Part shown: positions 7,331 through 17,731 of the stretch, one piece after another
How positions within the stretch are numbered: position 1 is the first letter of the stretch
Layout: each line of letters opens with the position of its first letter
Virus record (IMG/VR): IMGVR_UViG_3300045738_002037
Span: 32,001-96,000 of that record
Length of the DNA: 64,000 bases
Source of the DNA: a virus
Strand: one strand, 5' to 3'
Notes under the pieces: generated by a model
What the model was told of the DNA's origin: nothing
The model's database searches: none
What the model saw: only the letters and a program-made list of their open reading frames with translations
Translations under genes and position numbers: made by a program

Positions 7331-10264
7331 CTATCTTAATCGACCTTCTGTTGTAACAACACCACCTGCGGCCAAAACTTCCTCAGCCGAAAAACTTGCG
7401 CCAGTTCTTAACACAACAAGGTTTAATACGATAAATTCAACAGCTCTCGTGGGCTTCAAGAAAACTGATACCCACAATTCATTTCTGTCAATTCTCTCGG
7501 GGGTATTATTGGTTTCATCACAAACTACTTTAAATGCTTGTAACCCCCGTCGTGCTTGAACATCAGCAAGGAATGGGTTAACAGTAGATCTGACTTGCGC
7601 CCATAGAGCCGAATCATTAGGCTCGAAAACAAAATTTCTAAGCGATCTCACCAAATTCTTCTTAAGGTGAATCAACAACATCCTAACATTAACACGATCT
7701 AATGCTGAAAACGAACGCTGTAAAGTTCTTTGGCCCCAAACAGTAATTCCGTCTTGCGGAAATTTAACAATGGGATTAACAGCATTGCCAGAACCATAAA
7801 GCAAATCACGTTCACCTTGAGTTGGCGAGTACTCAACATCGAGTGCCGTCAACAGATGCCCTCTTTGTAAACCAGCTGGCGCAAACCATTGTTCACGCTC
7901 TCTGGCAGTTCTAGAAAATACAGAAGCAACATGGCCAGACGGCGGAACCCAAATCTCATCAGCAGCAAACTGATCAAAAATTTTAACCCAGCCCCAATAC
8001 AAAGCGCCATAGCTACTGTTAATCGCTGCTGAAACGTCGGATAACAACATTCCATTGTGCCAATCTACAGCCTGTTGTGGTCGAAGGCCAAACGGCGGAT
8101 CAACTATGAACAATGTGTCACCACGACTTTCACACATTTGTAGTGCTGTGCCAATAACAGCGCCACTTGAGAAACCAGGAATCAACAATAAATTGATGTC
8201 AATTGATTCTGGATTCTGGAATGCATAAATGCCGCTATTAATGGCGGGATTGCCAATAACAACTGCGTCTAATTCACTAGAATAAGCCGGGTCAGTCGGA
8301 ATACCATTGGCCATTCCACGAAATGCTTTATTAGTAAATTGCGACGGCAATCTAACAGTGTAAGCATTACCGCCGGTTAACACGTTTACATTGTTATTAA
8401 GGAAAGCCGGGCGTTGCTCCCAATGAACAAATGCATTTCCATTTGTTCCGCCATACTTGGTGCCGGGATTAAGAACATTGCCGATATAACGATCGTCTCT
8501 TTGGTCAAATGTTACATCGCTAATAGTTTCAGCCGCAACGCCTGCTTTATCAGTAATAGTCAATGCATAGCGTCCAGCAGTTTCACCGACTCCCTCAGTG
8601 TAAGAATCAAGCGTAGCCTCGTAAGCATTTACGCCGTCAACATCGCCAAGCCACGTTCCAGGAGAAGGTGCCACAAAGAACCCAACAATATTCTGGAAGT
8701 ATGCCGTTTCAGAAGTACATGTTGCACTCGTTGAATCGGTTTCACATGACAATGGAGTTGACGCAGTGCTTTCGCCAGAAGCCGGAAGAATTAATGTATT
8801 GTCAGAAAATCCTCGATATGACTTCTTATATGGAAAATCAATGTCCAGTTCTTCTGAGAATCTAAGGGTTCTAATGTTTGAATGATCTGCTCTCATGCGC
8901 AGGGTGTCAAATTGCCTTCCTACAGTAGCAACAATAACAACTTTAGTTTCACCGCCAGGAACTGACAATGAGAAACTATCAAACAATGTTTCTCCAGCAA
9001 CGACGCCCGCCACATCAATTGCGGCAGCGATGGTTGCCACAGACTGATCATTGCCGATTGGAACATTAAATTCAACAGTCGCTGTTGACAAACCAGAAAG
9101 AGCCGCTGAAGCTGAAGTAGGAGCTATGGATGAAGCACTTTGTGACCCAACAAGATCAATAACTACTCTATTATTCTGAGTAGAAATGTCAAAAGGACCA
9201 CTAAATTGACCAAGAAGATAACTACGCGGAATATCCCATGCCCATAATTGCTGCCCTAATTCTATAGCCCATGCTTCCCCAGCCACAATTTGAACTCTTT
9301 CACCAGCAGTTGACGATCTGATTTGTGGAATGACAACCGCGTCAGTCCTAGTATCAGACACCATTGACCAATTTTCGCCACTCAACAAAGCATTAGCTGC
9401 TGAAACAAAAGCAGCTACGGTAGTGTAAGTCGCAGCTGGCATTGTGTAACTAGAGCCATCAGTGCCATCAACTGCAATTTTAAATGCTCTATTGTCAGGT
9501 ATTACCCGCCAAGTAAATGTATCATTAACTTGAAGGACACCGGTAGTCACTTCTACTCTTACTGACACCCCATCGCCAACACTAATGTATGTTGAGTCAC
9601 CATCAGGAGCGCCGCCCTCTGACAAAGTACCATTGGCGACAACCACACCATCACTATTTCTAATAATTTCAAAAGTCGCACCCGCAACCTTTGCGTCATC
9701 TGAAATATTGGGCGATCCGGTGATGATCATAACAAACGTATCATCAATCGCGCCAGTGTAAGTTCCAGAAGTTCCAATAGTGGCCGATGTAACGCCAAAT
9801 GTTCCAGCGTCAGTAGCATCATTATAACTAATATCAACTATAGACGCAGCATGAAAAACAATCGAATTATCAGAATCAATTAATCTTAAATCAATTTGAC
9901 CGTAATCAATACCGGAAAATACTGGAATTCGACCCCAACCTTTTTCACGATTGCCAGCAACATCAATAGCAATGTCCTGTAACACAGTCGCTTGGTTAGA
10001 ATCATATTCAACACCGGCTCTCATAATATAAGCAGAATTACCTTCTTCCATATAGGAAAGAACTGCATACATCAAATAGCTGTCAGAAAATGGTTCCCCA
10101 AAAATATTTATTGCTTGCGTAGCATTAGTAACTAAAGTTGGTTCATTCATCGGACCCTTCTGGGCCGTGCCAACAAAAGCAGGCCGCAGTGGGCCAACCG
10201 CTGTTGGTATAACGCTAAGATCAATCTCGCGTGGGAAAACACCTGGACTTAAATAAACTGCCAT
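7331..10264 (-). CDS. contractile tail sheath protein (gp18 family) with a large inserted middle region
   Basis: YLSPGVFPREIDLS, FVGTAQKGP, WFAPAG, VWGQRTLQ, DRVNVRML, FEPND, VVCDETNNTPERIDRNEL, KPTRAVEFI. Confidence 0.97.
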   Translation of the reverse strand: MAVYLSPGVFPREIDLSVIPTAVGPLRPAFVGTAQKGPMNEPTLVTNATQAINIFGEPFSDSYLMYAVLSYMEEGNSAYIMRAGVEYDSNQATVLQDIAIDVAGNREKGWGRIPVFSGIDYGQIDLRLIDSDNSIVFHAASIVDISYNDATDAGTFGVTSATIGTSGTYTGAIDDTFVMIITGSPNISDDAKVAGATFEIIRNSDGVVVANGTLSEGGAPDGDSTYISVGDGVSVRVEVTTGVLQVNDTFTWRVIPDNRAFKIAVDGTDGSSYTMPAATYTTVAAFVSAANALLSGENWSMVSDTRTDAVVIPQIRSSTAGERVQIVAGEAWAIELGQQLWAWDIPRSYLLGQFSGPFDISTQNNRVVIDLVGSQSASSIAPTSASAALSGLSTATVEFNVPIGNDQSVATIAAAIDVAGVVAGETLFDSFSLSVPGGETKVVIVATVGRQFDTLRMRADHSNIRTLRFSEELDIDFPYKKSYRGFSDNTLILPASGESTASTPLSCETDSTSATCTSETAYFQNIVGFFVAPSPGTWLGDVDGVNAYEATLDSYTEGVGETAGRYALTITDKAGVAAETISDVTFDQRDDRYIGNVLNPGTKYGGTNGNAFVHWEQRPAFLNNNVNVLTGGNAYTVRLPSQFTNKAFRGMANGIPTDPAYSSELDAVVIGNPAINSGIYAFQNPESIDINLLLIPGFSSGAVIGTALQMCESRGDTLFIVDPPFGLRPQQAVDWHNGMLLSDVSAAINSSYGALYWGWVKIFDQFAADEIWVPPSGHVASVFSRTAREREQWFAPAGLQRGHLLTALDVEYSPTQGERDLLYGSGNAVNPIVKFPQDGITVWGQRTLQRSFSALDRVNVRMLLIHLKKNLVRSLRNFVFEPNDSALWAQVRSTVNPFLADVQARRGLQAFKVVCDETNNTPERIDRNELWVSVFLKPTRAVEFIVLNLVVLRTGASFSAEEVLAAGGVVTTEGRLR

Positions 10265-10302
10265 TGGTCACTCCTAACGGCTTATAACTAAGTAACTATA
10301 AA

Positions 10303-10310
10303 TATTTTTG
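10303..10310 (-). promoter_or_regulatory. putative late promoter motif CAAAAATA
   Basis: CAAAnnTA recurs at similar positions upstream of many structural genes. Confidence 0.5.
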
Positions 10311-10319
10311 CCGAAAAGA

Positions 10320-10574
10320 CTAGGAATTTATTGTTTCTTCACGTTGTTCCTGCACTTCACTATCATATGTGACCTGCAACATCCCTCTGGCAACCAAATT
10401 TTTCACCTGATCATTTATCAAAAAGCTTTTGGGCAACAATGCATCCTGTCCTGGAGTTAGTCTAACCTGTTGCTCATTCTTGTAAAAATCGCTTCCCGGC
10501 GCTCGCACCTGAAGAGCAATCATTTGTTTGCTAGTATTGTAAATTCTGATTACATGTGTTTTTTGCTTAGCCAT
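10320..10574 (-). CDS. small putative virion protein (paralog of 31657..31890)
   Basis: NxSxQMI...PG...QxxxLxxxG pattern; lies between terminator and sheath genes; SD before ATG 10574. Confidence 0.6.
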   Translation of the reverse strand: MAKQKTHVIRIYNTSKQMIALQVRAPGSDFYKNEQQVRLTPGQDALLPKSFLINDQVKNLVARGMLQVTYDSEVQEQREETINS

Positions 10575-10588
10575 AATTGTTGGTTCTC

Positions 10589-11500
10589 CTATGATCCAGT
10601 TGACTGACCCCACACACCAGATGGAGTTCTATCTTTAGTTATATCCTCTATTGTTTGAGTTGGCTCAAACCAATAAGAATCGCCACTTGAAGATGTACCC
10701 TTTGATGCTAACAAAATAGACCCAATTTTCTCGTTGAAAGTAGTGACTCTGCCAAGCACAACAGGGGTAATAGTTTCTGGCAATGGCAGCCATGCCTCAG
10801 CAGTAAACGAAAGTTCATACCTTACATTTGCGTGCTGATCAAATCCCGTTTCTTTTTCGCTAGCATCTGTTGAACCACCGAATTTCATTTGTATATTTCC
10901 CTGAATTCTGCCATCAGACATTTTAAATTCAGCGAGAGGGTTGAATCTAGTTAACGCTTGATATTGAATATATTCAGCGTCCCTTTTATGTTCTGCCCAA
11001 ATAGTTATAGTATAATCAACATTATATGGCACAGGACGTTTATATTGAGCAACTAAACTTTTGCCAGTATTAAGATATCTGTGCCCCAAATGCCTATATG
11101 GTGGGCTGAATTTCTCAGCATTAAATTCATGCCGTTCTCTACTTATAGTTGCAAGAGGTAGCCTGACACGTCCTTCTTTTAAATCATCCGCCCAAATAAG
11201 TAAACTTTTATCACCGCCAGCAATTTTTACTCTCATAAACCTATAGGAATCTTTAGTAGGAACTCTGATTCCAGACCAATATTGTTTCATAGCATCATCA
11301 AGAGATCTAAATCCCGGAATTAAAAATTCTTCTATATCATAGGGATAAGATAAAAAATCATTGCCGTCTAAAGGATTTCTGCCTCCCTCAACATGACTCA
11401 ACTGTTTGATTCCTGGTATATCACGAACCTCATTTGGCACTTGCGACGCCAAATTAGCTTGTTTAACCGTAAAATCAGTATTAAAGTCGTATAGGGGCAC
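10589..11500 (-). CDS. tail terminator / sheath stabilizer (T4 gp15-like)
   Basis: RLPLATISR, RPVPYNVDYTITIW, QALTRFNP, LSFTAEAWLP; upstream of the sheath. Confidence 0.75.
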   Translation of the reverse strand: MPLYDFNTDFTVKQANLASQVPNEVRDIPGIKQLSHVEGGRNPLDGNDFLSYPYDIEEFLIPGFRSLDDAMKQYWSGIRVPTKDSYRFMRVKIAGGDKSLLIWADDLKEGRVRLPLATISRERHEFNAEKFSPPYRHLGHRYLNTGKSLVAQYKRPVPYNVDYTITIWAEHKRDAEYIQYQALTRFNPLAEFKMSDGRIQGNIQMKFGGSTDASEKETGFDQHANVRYELSFTAEAWLPLPETITPVVLGRVTTFNEKIGSILLASKGTSSSGDSYWFEPTQTIEDITKDRTPSGVWGQSTGS

Positions 11501-11512
11501 TAAAAATTTCCT

Positions 11513-11827
11513 TTATCTAACCCCGTTATCATTTATTAAAGAAATAATATTGGTCGGATTTTTCAAATTTTGAATCATAGCGTCCATTCTATCTTTAGTT
11601 CTATCATATTGTTCTTGATCCATTGAAGATTGAGTACTCAAAAAAAACGTAATTTCCATGCCATTAACTTTCTTACCCATTGGCTCGCCCATGTCTAATT
11701 CTATAGCATTTTTGACATTTTCTGATATACCTTTAGCAAGAGCATTTAATATAGCATGACTTTGCACTTTCATATCTGAGCTTATTTGCCCTTTAATGTA
11801 ATCAGATGCTTTCGAAATATTTGCCAT
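11513..11827 (-). CDS. hypothetical protein (neck/tail region)
   Basis: ORF in a coupled structural operon. Confidence 0.6.
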   Translation of the reverse strand: MANISKASDYIKGQISSDMKVQSHAILNALAKGISENVKNAIELDMGEPMGKKVNGMEITFFLSTQSSMDQEQYDRTKDRMDAMIQNLKNPTNIISLINDNGVR

Positions 11828-12425
11828 TCGTTTGTATCCTTTCTTCCGTTGGCATATCTTGCTCTGGCCTAACAGTAATGTCAGCGGTAAGAGTCTCTAC
11901 TGCACATGTTAAATAAAGCCAATGATAGCGAAAATTGCCACTTGGAGTAGCATTGACTATTCTAAAATTTTTAGGCGCAATAGCAGCAGCATTGTATGGC
12001 AATTGAACCACGTCGCCTATCCGCAACATTCTATCGCCAAACTGTTCATATAATTGATGATGGCTAAAAATGACTTCGCTTCTGTTTCTTGCGTCAGCAC
12101 CCCATTTTTGTAATTCAACTTCCAACGGCATGGGTTTAAAATAAGCCTTCATATGTACAGGATTCCAATAAGTAGGATCAGCATCTTCGTCCCATACAGC
12201 ATCGTAATCGGCATTGTCAGTTCGAATAAAAACTTTGATTTCTGCACCGGCTACGTGAATCTGCTCATTAGCCATGAGCCTAACTAATCTTAAATCAGCA
12301 CTTGCCGGGTCATGAATCTGAATAGGCGTATGACGCTGCTCTGTTTCTGACCTATAACTGGTCAGAATCGTATTAAATTTGTCGGCGTCTACCCCGCCTG
12401 TGTCTTGCGAGAACCTATGTAACAT
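11802..12425 (-). CDS. neck / head-completion protein (T4 gp14-like)
   Basis: VWDEDAD, ELQKWG, LRIGDVVQLPY; position between gp13-like and gp15-like genes. Confidence 0.7.
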   Translation of the reverse strand: MLHRFSQDTGGVDADKFNTILTSYRSETEQRHTPIQIHDPASADLRLVRLMANEQIHVAGAEIKVFIRTDNADYDAVWDEDADPTYWNPVHMKAYFKPMPLEVELQKWGADARNRSEVIFSHHQLYEQFGDRMLRIGDVVQLPYNAAAIAPKNFRIVNATPSGNFRYHWLYLTCAVETLTADITVRPEQDMPTEERIQTNGKYFESI

Positions 12426-12504
12426 TTAATCCTCCGAGTTATATTTGGATAGAGCAAAATAGCACGCACGACGGATTATACTCAAACAGCATCATATATA
12501 GGAA

Positions 12505-12972
12505 CTATCGCAATTCCCGAATCGTGCCCTCAGGCACATATGGGTCCGTAAGCGGTTTAGGCGTAGCAGCAAAATCTGGCGATGGGCAATATCCTTGCCC
12601 AACAACATCACAATGATCATATGACGTGGTTACAGTCTCATCGCTAGACGCATTCAATCTCAATATTTCATAAAAATCGTCATATGGATTGCAAAGATTC
12701 GCACCTTTATCATTACACCCAAGTTTTATATCCGGTAAAACTAACCATTTTTGGCGTCTATTACCTTCACCCCAATTATGGCCTAAAACTACGTAAGACC
12801 CCGGCAAAGCAATCAGGGCATCTGCTAGTGCGATAAAAACATCAGAGCAACGCTTATAGCGCGCCAATGTATCAGAAGTTATAGCAGACGACGGTTCACA
12901 CCCCGGCACCATTATTTTGTTATTGGGCAGGATTTCTAATTTAAAATTGATTACAATATCACTTAAACTCAT
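12505..12972 (-). CDS. hypothetical protein (head-tail region)
   Basis: 155-aa ORF coupled to the neck gene. Confidence 0.6.
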   Translation of the reverse strand: MSLSDIVINFKLEILPNNKIMVPGCEPSSAITSDTLARYKRCSDVFIALADALIALPGSYVVLGHNWGEGNRRQKWLVLPDIKLGCNDKGANLCNPYDDFYEILRLNASSDETVTTSYDHCDVVGQGYCPSPDFAATPKPLTDPYVPEGTIRELR

Positions 12973-12973
12973 A

Positions 12974-13735
12974 TTACCACTTCACAATCCCCAATGGTTC
13001 GCCTAATTGGAAAGCTTTCTCAATTATTTCTTCTTTTTCTTTAATGCCTTCGGCCACTAAATCCCCGCCATCATAACTAATTGAACCACCGTCAGGCGTT
13101 GGGACTCCCGTTATTTTTCTTCTAGCACTGCCAAGCATAACTTTAGCTTCGGCCAACATCATATCACTGGCAAGCTGTTTGGCTTGTGGGCTTCTAAAAT
13201 AATTAATCACAGGAGTGTACATTACTACTACTGGATATGAACCTTTAGGTGTTGGATACAATCTTATCAATTGATCTTTGGATGCTCCGTCTACTTCCCC
13301 AAGAACTTCCCAGTGCCCTTCTGTTCCTAAAACTTTTTGCGAAAACGCTCTATAAGATTGCAAAAGATGATAATCAACTAAAATATTCTGAATTCCAGAA
13401 ATATTACCAATATTAAATAAGAAAGATTCAGCGCCAAACACATCGTCGATTCTAGTAGTTACCGGATCCCAAGAAACTTCTTGTATCCAATACGCATCTG
13501 CAGGCATTGGGTAAGTTGATTTTAATGGCTCGGTGTAAAACACGGCCATTTTTTGTTCTCTAGGAAAATAACCAGCTATAAAATCGCCAGCCGTTGATAA
13601 AATGGAATTCCACTGATCCTCCATAATTTCCACTTCAACTACAGGATGCCCCAATTTGCTAAGCACATATTTTTTCATTGGGTCAGGATTTACCTTCAAA
13701 ATAGCAGGTAAATCTGCAGGAGCTATTATGGCCAT
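12974..13735 (-). CDS. neck protein / head-tail connector (T4 gp13-like)
   Basis: YVLSKLGHPVVEVE, IRLYPTP, AEAKVMLGSARRK, PDGGSISYDG. Confidence 0.88.
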   Translation of the reverse strand: MAIIAPADLPAILKVNPDPMKKYVLSKLGHPVVEVEIMEDQWNSILSTAGDFIAGYFPREQKMAVFYTEPLKSTYPMPADAYWIQEVSWDPVTTRIDDVFGAESFLFNIGNISGIQNILVDYHLLQSYRAFSQKVLGTEGHWEVLGEVDGASKDQLIRLYPTPKGSYPVVVMYTPVINYFRSPQAKQLASDMMLAEAKVMLGSARRKITGVPTPDGGSISYDGGDLVAEGIKEKEEIIEKAFQLGEPLGIVKW

Positions 13736-13914
13736 TATTCTTCTATCTCCTCTGAATCACCAACATGACCCAGAAATCTACCACTCATATAACATTCACT
13801 TGGTAACCGTTCTTCAAAAATGTTTCTTGATCCAGCTTCGGCTCTTCTTTTATATTCTTCAATACGAGCATCCATCATGCGCTTAAAATCATTTTCAAAA
13901 TCAGATTGAGACAT
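13735..13914 (-). CDS. small hypothetical protein (MSQSDFENDFKRMMDARIEEYKRRAEAG...)
   Basis: 59-aa ORF translated manually; TAATG overlap with the neck gene start. Confidence 0.65.
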   Translation of the reverse strand: MSQSDFENDFKRMMDARIEEYKRRAEAGSRNIFEERLPSECYMSGRFLGHVGDSEEIEE

Positions 13915-13932
13915 AGGATTTCCAAAACTAAT

Positions 13933-14484
13933 TTACCTAGGAAAATGATATCCACGATTTCCCCAAATCACGCCAGCATAACGAATTCTAAAAACACTGT
14001 AAGTGATACCGCCGGGAAGACCAGCCGTCAAATTAGACTCAATTAAAGCTTTTAAAGTTTTAACTTCATCAGCAATAGCCGTATTCGGATTAGATTCAAA
14101 ACTATGAGAGCCACCTGCTCTTGTTAAAGTTTCACCCGCATGAATTAATGTCTTGTCAGGATGCACTTGCGCATTAGCAGTTGAAGAAGTATAAAAACCA
14201 GTTATTTGCACATACGGAGGTGAATTACCAAACTGCGGCACTGCACCGCCACCATAAGATAAACTGCTATATTTATTACCAGTTTTCCTATTGTATAATT
14301 GTTGGCCGCCGCCAGGCTCAGCCATATTCATCGCAGAACTTTCATCAGTATACAGCGATGCGTCTGTCAATGCATCATAGACTAATGAAGATATCCTTTG
14401 AATTTCTCTAATATATTCATGTCTTTTCCCCGTTCTTTGCGGGAAGATTTTAATATACACATCAAAAGGAACTTGTTTCGCCAT
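13933..14484 (-). CDS. putative virion protein
   Basis: SD GAGAGG; CAAAACTA motif upstream; structural context. Confidence 0.55.
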   Translation of the reverse strand: MAKQVPFDVYIKIFPQRTGKRHEYIREIQRISSLVYDALTDASLYTDESSAMNMAEPGGGQQLYNRKTGNKYSSLSYGGGAVPQFGNSPPYVQITGFYTSSTANAQVHPDKTLIHAGETLTRAGGSHSFESNPNTAIADEVKTLKALIESNLTAGLPGGITYSVFRIRYAGVIWGNRGYHFPR

Positions 14485-14558
14485 TATACACCTCTCAGGA
14501 TTAATGTTCTACAATAGTTTTGACACAGAAGATGCTGCTATTTTTTAAAATATTTCAA

Positions 14559-15020
14559 TTACGAATTCGCTTTGCCAACATGCCGCCGCTGCTGTTGTTT
14601 TCGCGCCCTTTGCCGTTGTATCCTCTGAGCCGAAGAGCTATTACCTTTAGTAACTTTAAACTCGATGGAATCTAAAGCTTCAACTAAAGCAGCAGTTATA
14701 TTACCGATTACGACTGGCCTAGAAGCTTCTTCCCCATTAAGAACATAAACTTGACCAGAAGCTACAGAAATATTATTGTCGTCAAGATCATGTATTCTAA
14801 CTAATAAATCACCTATTCCAAGATTTCCATTGTTTGCGCCAGCATAAGTTCCAATATTTTCATTAGAACCTTCAACCATCGTTATTTTTTTATCAGAAAA
14901 TAAAACAGAAAACTCAAATGTGCCTAATGTGTTATTCCAAAAATAATTGTCGGATAACCTTTCAATAGAAGCGGCCACACTTTGCCCAGTTACGTCAGTA
15001 TAACTAATTTTAACACCCAT
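14559..15020 (-). CDS. putative virion protein
   Basis: Beta-rich ORF with a basic C-terminal tail. Confidence 0.5.
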   Translation of the reverse strand: MGVKISYTDVTGQSVAASIERLSDNYFWNNTLGTFEFSVLFSDKKITMVEGSNENIGTYAGANNGNLGIGDLLVRIHDLDDNNISVASGQVYVLNGEEASRPVVIGNITAALVEALDSIEFKVTKGNSSSAQRIQRQRARKQQQRRHVGKANS

Positions 15021-15052
15021 AATATTTTCCCATAGTAAATCTTACTTTATTT

Positions 15053-15724
15053 TTATCTCATGGGATAACCAAATAATTCGCAATCTTCTTTTGCCCAATT
15101 GTCGTTCACATATTTTAATAGTTTAGGATCATGATACCATTCTTTGAAATTAATAAGCTCATGGTATTTCGACGGTAATGATACCTCATATCCTAATATT
15201 TTTGAAAGATTTTCTTCTAAATTTTCATATCTTATAATTTTATAATCTTCTAATCCGCTAGCTTTTATAAACTCTGCTATAGTCTTGTTAAACATCCAAT
15301 TTAGTTTATCTTTATTATAAACAAATTCTTCCCAACAAATGTATTTTTCTGCCAATCCTTTATCTTGCGCCCATTCATAGTGTAAAAATAATCCTACAAG
15401 ACGAGTGTAAGGATCTCGACATATGATATAAATCTTAAGTGCCTCATCGACGATTCCTCGTCTATGCCATCCTTTATGTATTTTTGTGCAATGGTGATTT
15501 ATGCTTTCCTCGTCAAATGGATCTGGGCCTATTACCCAATAAGCATCCCTGCATAACGCCGTACATATGTTTCTACCAGCTGTGCGCGGCGTGGTTATTA
15601 TATCCCCTTCAGCGTCCAAAACCGTTCTGGAATAAGCATTCATGCATAATGCCCTATGTAAATTTCTGCTAGCTGTATGCGGCGGGGTTATTATCACAAT
15701 ATTGCAGTCTTCAATAAAAATCAT
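15053..15724 (-). CDS. sulfotransferase family 2-like protein
   Basis: PPHTASR (variant PAPS 5'-PSB motif), CRDPYTRLV, IIRYENLEE, EDCELFGY. Confidence 0.7.
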   Translation of the reverse strand: MIFIEDCNIVIITPPHTASRNLHRALCMNAYSRTVLDAEGDIITTPRTAGRNICTALCRDAYWVIGPDPFDEESINHHCTKIHKGWHRRGIVDEALKIYIICRDPYTRLVGLFLHYEWAQDKGLAEKYICWEEFVYNKDKLNWMFNKTIAEFIKASGLEDYKIIRYENLEENLSKILGYEVSLPSKYHELINFKEWYHDPKLLKYVNDNWAKEDCELFGYPMR

Positions 15725-16308
15725 AGAACCCTCGTCATATAACTAGGCCACTGCTCATTTGTAATTGCTTCCATTTGTATGTCTCTATTCTTTATCCTTT
15801 CGTTAACAGCCCGAATTACCGAAGTGCCCCAGCCCTTTGGGTTAGTTGCGTAATCATGCCCCATTATTAATCCTCCAGTTTTTACCTTTTTAACAGATAA
15901 GGCTATCTCTCGACTAACACACTGATAATGATGATTGGAATCTATATAAACCCAGTCTAAAGAATTATCGGGCAAAGAAGCTAAAAATGAAGAAGAGTGC
16001 TGTTTATGAAGTACGACTTTTCCTTCTTTTATTTGTTCTTTGAATATATCTGCCACTGAAAGATAATGGTCGTCATACCACAGATCCGACAATTCATGTG
16101 ATTTTTGTAAATATTCGGCTTTTTCCCACTTGTCAACCAAAAACAACAAGGAAGGTTTAGTTCTAAACAGCAGTTGTACCGCATTGGTTCCTCGACACAC
16201 ACCAAGTTCTGCCCCAATTCCCTTTTTGGGTATCATTTCATACATTAGTTCTCTAGTATCAATTTCCTCGATAGAAGCTTCGCTATTTAGTGGATTAATT
16301 AAATCCAT
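15721..16308 (-). CDS. class I SAM-dependent methyltransferase (Methyltransf_24-like)
   Basis: GAELGVCRG, LVDKW, DWVYIDSNHHY, GGLIMGHDY. Confidence 0.88.
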   Translation of the reverse strand: MDLINPLNSEASIEEIDTRELMYEMIPKKGIGAELGVCRGTNAVQLLFRTKPSLLFLVDKWEKAEYLQKSHELSDLWYDDHYLSVADIFKEQIKEGKVVLHKQHSSSFLASLPDNSLDWVYIDSNHHYQCVSREIALSVKKVKTGGLIMGHDYATNPKGWGTSVIRAVNERIKNRDIQMEAITNEQWPSYMTRVL

Positions 16309-17336
16309 TATCCAAACCTTCCTTCATCAGGACATATAACCAATCTGCGGACCTGGCTTCTCATTAACGCGGCTTCTGCTGGTTCGCTCTCTATAAAATA
16401 AGCTGCATCTGAATCTGCGAATGCTTTTGATTTAAATTTAGCAGCTTCAACGATATGATTAGAATTTCTAATTTTTTCTTTTTCTGTCGGGTACATTTTT
16501 AAAAAACCATATTTTATCTTATACTTTTTTAACCAAGCTTCTGTTATATCTCTATATTTTTCAAGTCTTGCTGTTATTATCCCTTTACATGTATAAGTTC
16601 GAGGAATTCTATGATACAATGGTTTTACATTTGTTATATAATCTACATAATCAACTTCATTTTGACATTTTTTATATGGGACATTTGGCGACAATATTCC
16701 ATCAAAATCCAACACTGCATTTTCAATATATGCGCTATTGAAAAAGTTCCATTCTAAGAGATGAGGTGGAGGTAGCTCTTTTCCATAAACATCCACTACA
16801 TGCAATGTTGCTGGGTGGACATATAGGCTTCCATATAATACTTGTTTATGATTTTTAAAAACTTCTTTTATCTTTTTTATGGATATTCCGCCATACACGG
16901 TATCATCCAAAATCAGTATTTTCCCTTTTTTCTGCTCATAATCTTTCATTCTTTGGCCGCCAAACTGTGATCGGCCAGATAATAAGTGGAATTCTCCTGA
17001 ATTATTAAAAGAATATAAAGGGATGTTTAACCACAAAGCACACATACTGGCTGGCAGATACCCTGATCTAGGCACTCCCGCAATCCCTTTTAATTTAAGT
17101 TCTCCTAATTTTGGAAGCAAATGATTTTTACAATCTTCAATTAAATCATTAATCGTTAAAAATTTACCCTTAACTATAAAATTCTTTCTATCGTGTTTTT
17201 TATCACAAGCTATTTTGTATTCTTCTCTTTCTGCCGAAGTAGCATTTTGACACCATTGCCAATTTGGCGGATCATATGTCATCTCCTGTCTAAAAAATTC
17301 ACAGAATCCTGACTGTAGGCATTGACATTTTTCCAT
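16308..17336 (-). CDS. phosphoribosyltransferase domain fused to a HAD-like domain
   Basis: GVPRSG and ILILDDTVYGG (PRPP loop); DFDGIL and ITAR (HAD); Cys-rich N-terminus. Confidence 0.82.
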   Translation of the reverse strand: MEKCQCLQSGFCEFFRQEMTYDPPNWQWCQNATSAEREEYKIACDKKHDRKNFIVKGKFLTINDLIEDCKNHLLPKLGELKLKGIAGVPRSGYLPASMCALWLNIPLYSFNNSGEFHLLSGRSQFGGQRMKDYEQKKGKILILDDTVYGGISIKKIKEVFKNHKQVLYGSLYVHPATLHVVDVYGKELPPPHLLEWNFFNSAYIENAVLDFDGILSPNVPYKKCQNEVDYVDYITNVKPLYHRIPRTYTCKGIITARLEKYRDITEAWLKKYKIKYGFLKMYPTEKEKIRNSNHIVEAAKFKSKAFADSDAAYFIESEPAEAALMRSQVRRLVICPDEGRFG

Positions 17337-17342
17337 ATATCA

Positions 17343-17717
17343 CTATTCCACAAATATTTCAAATGCTGCCCCTAAATCTCTCGTAAATGTATGTGGAGAG
17401 TTTTCGGGCGAACCTGAACTTCCTTCTCCTGAATTTAAATCACACGGAGAATCATCTCCATAGCCCTCAGGAGGACCACCAACATCGGTAATATATTTAA
17501 CAGTCAATGTGTCGCTGTCTGTAATTCCAGTTACTTGATAAGTGTAAGTTGACAGGGTGTCGTCTGGATCCCCCGCTGTATGATGTACTGCTGTGATCCA
17601 ATCCCCAACTTGCGCATTTACCACTGAAGATCCGTAGTTTACCGTATAAAATGGTCCGGATCCTGAACAACTACTTACCGCAATATTACTATATATTGTT
17701 ATTGTATTTCTTGCCAT
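17343..17717 (-). CDS. small beta-rich fibre-associated protein; its domain is duplicated in 39975..40571
   Basis: Directly downstream of the tail fibre; near-identical to the C-terminal half of the 39975 ORF. Confidence 0.7.
   Translation of the reverse strand: MARNTITIYSNIAVSSCSGSGPFYTVNYGSSVVNAQVGDWITAVHHTAGDPDDTLSTYTYQVTGITDSDTLTVKYITDVGGPPEGYGDDSPCDLNSGEGSSGSPENSPHTFTRDLGAAFEIFVE
17395..17701. repeat. dispersed repeat, copy 1 (copy 2 at 40003-40297)
   Basis: About 300 bp of high nucleotide identity, including a perfect 75-nt tract. Confidence 0.95.
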
Positions 17718-17731
17718 TATCCTACTCTAGC

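Noticed and set aside
5345-10264. Sheath plus multiple tubes as an extracellular contractile injection system or tailocin
   Set aside because: Neck/head-joining genes and a full phage replication module indicate a true phage.
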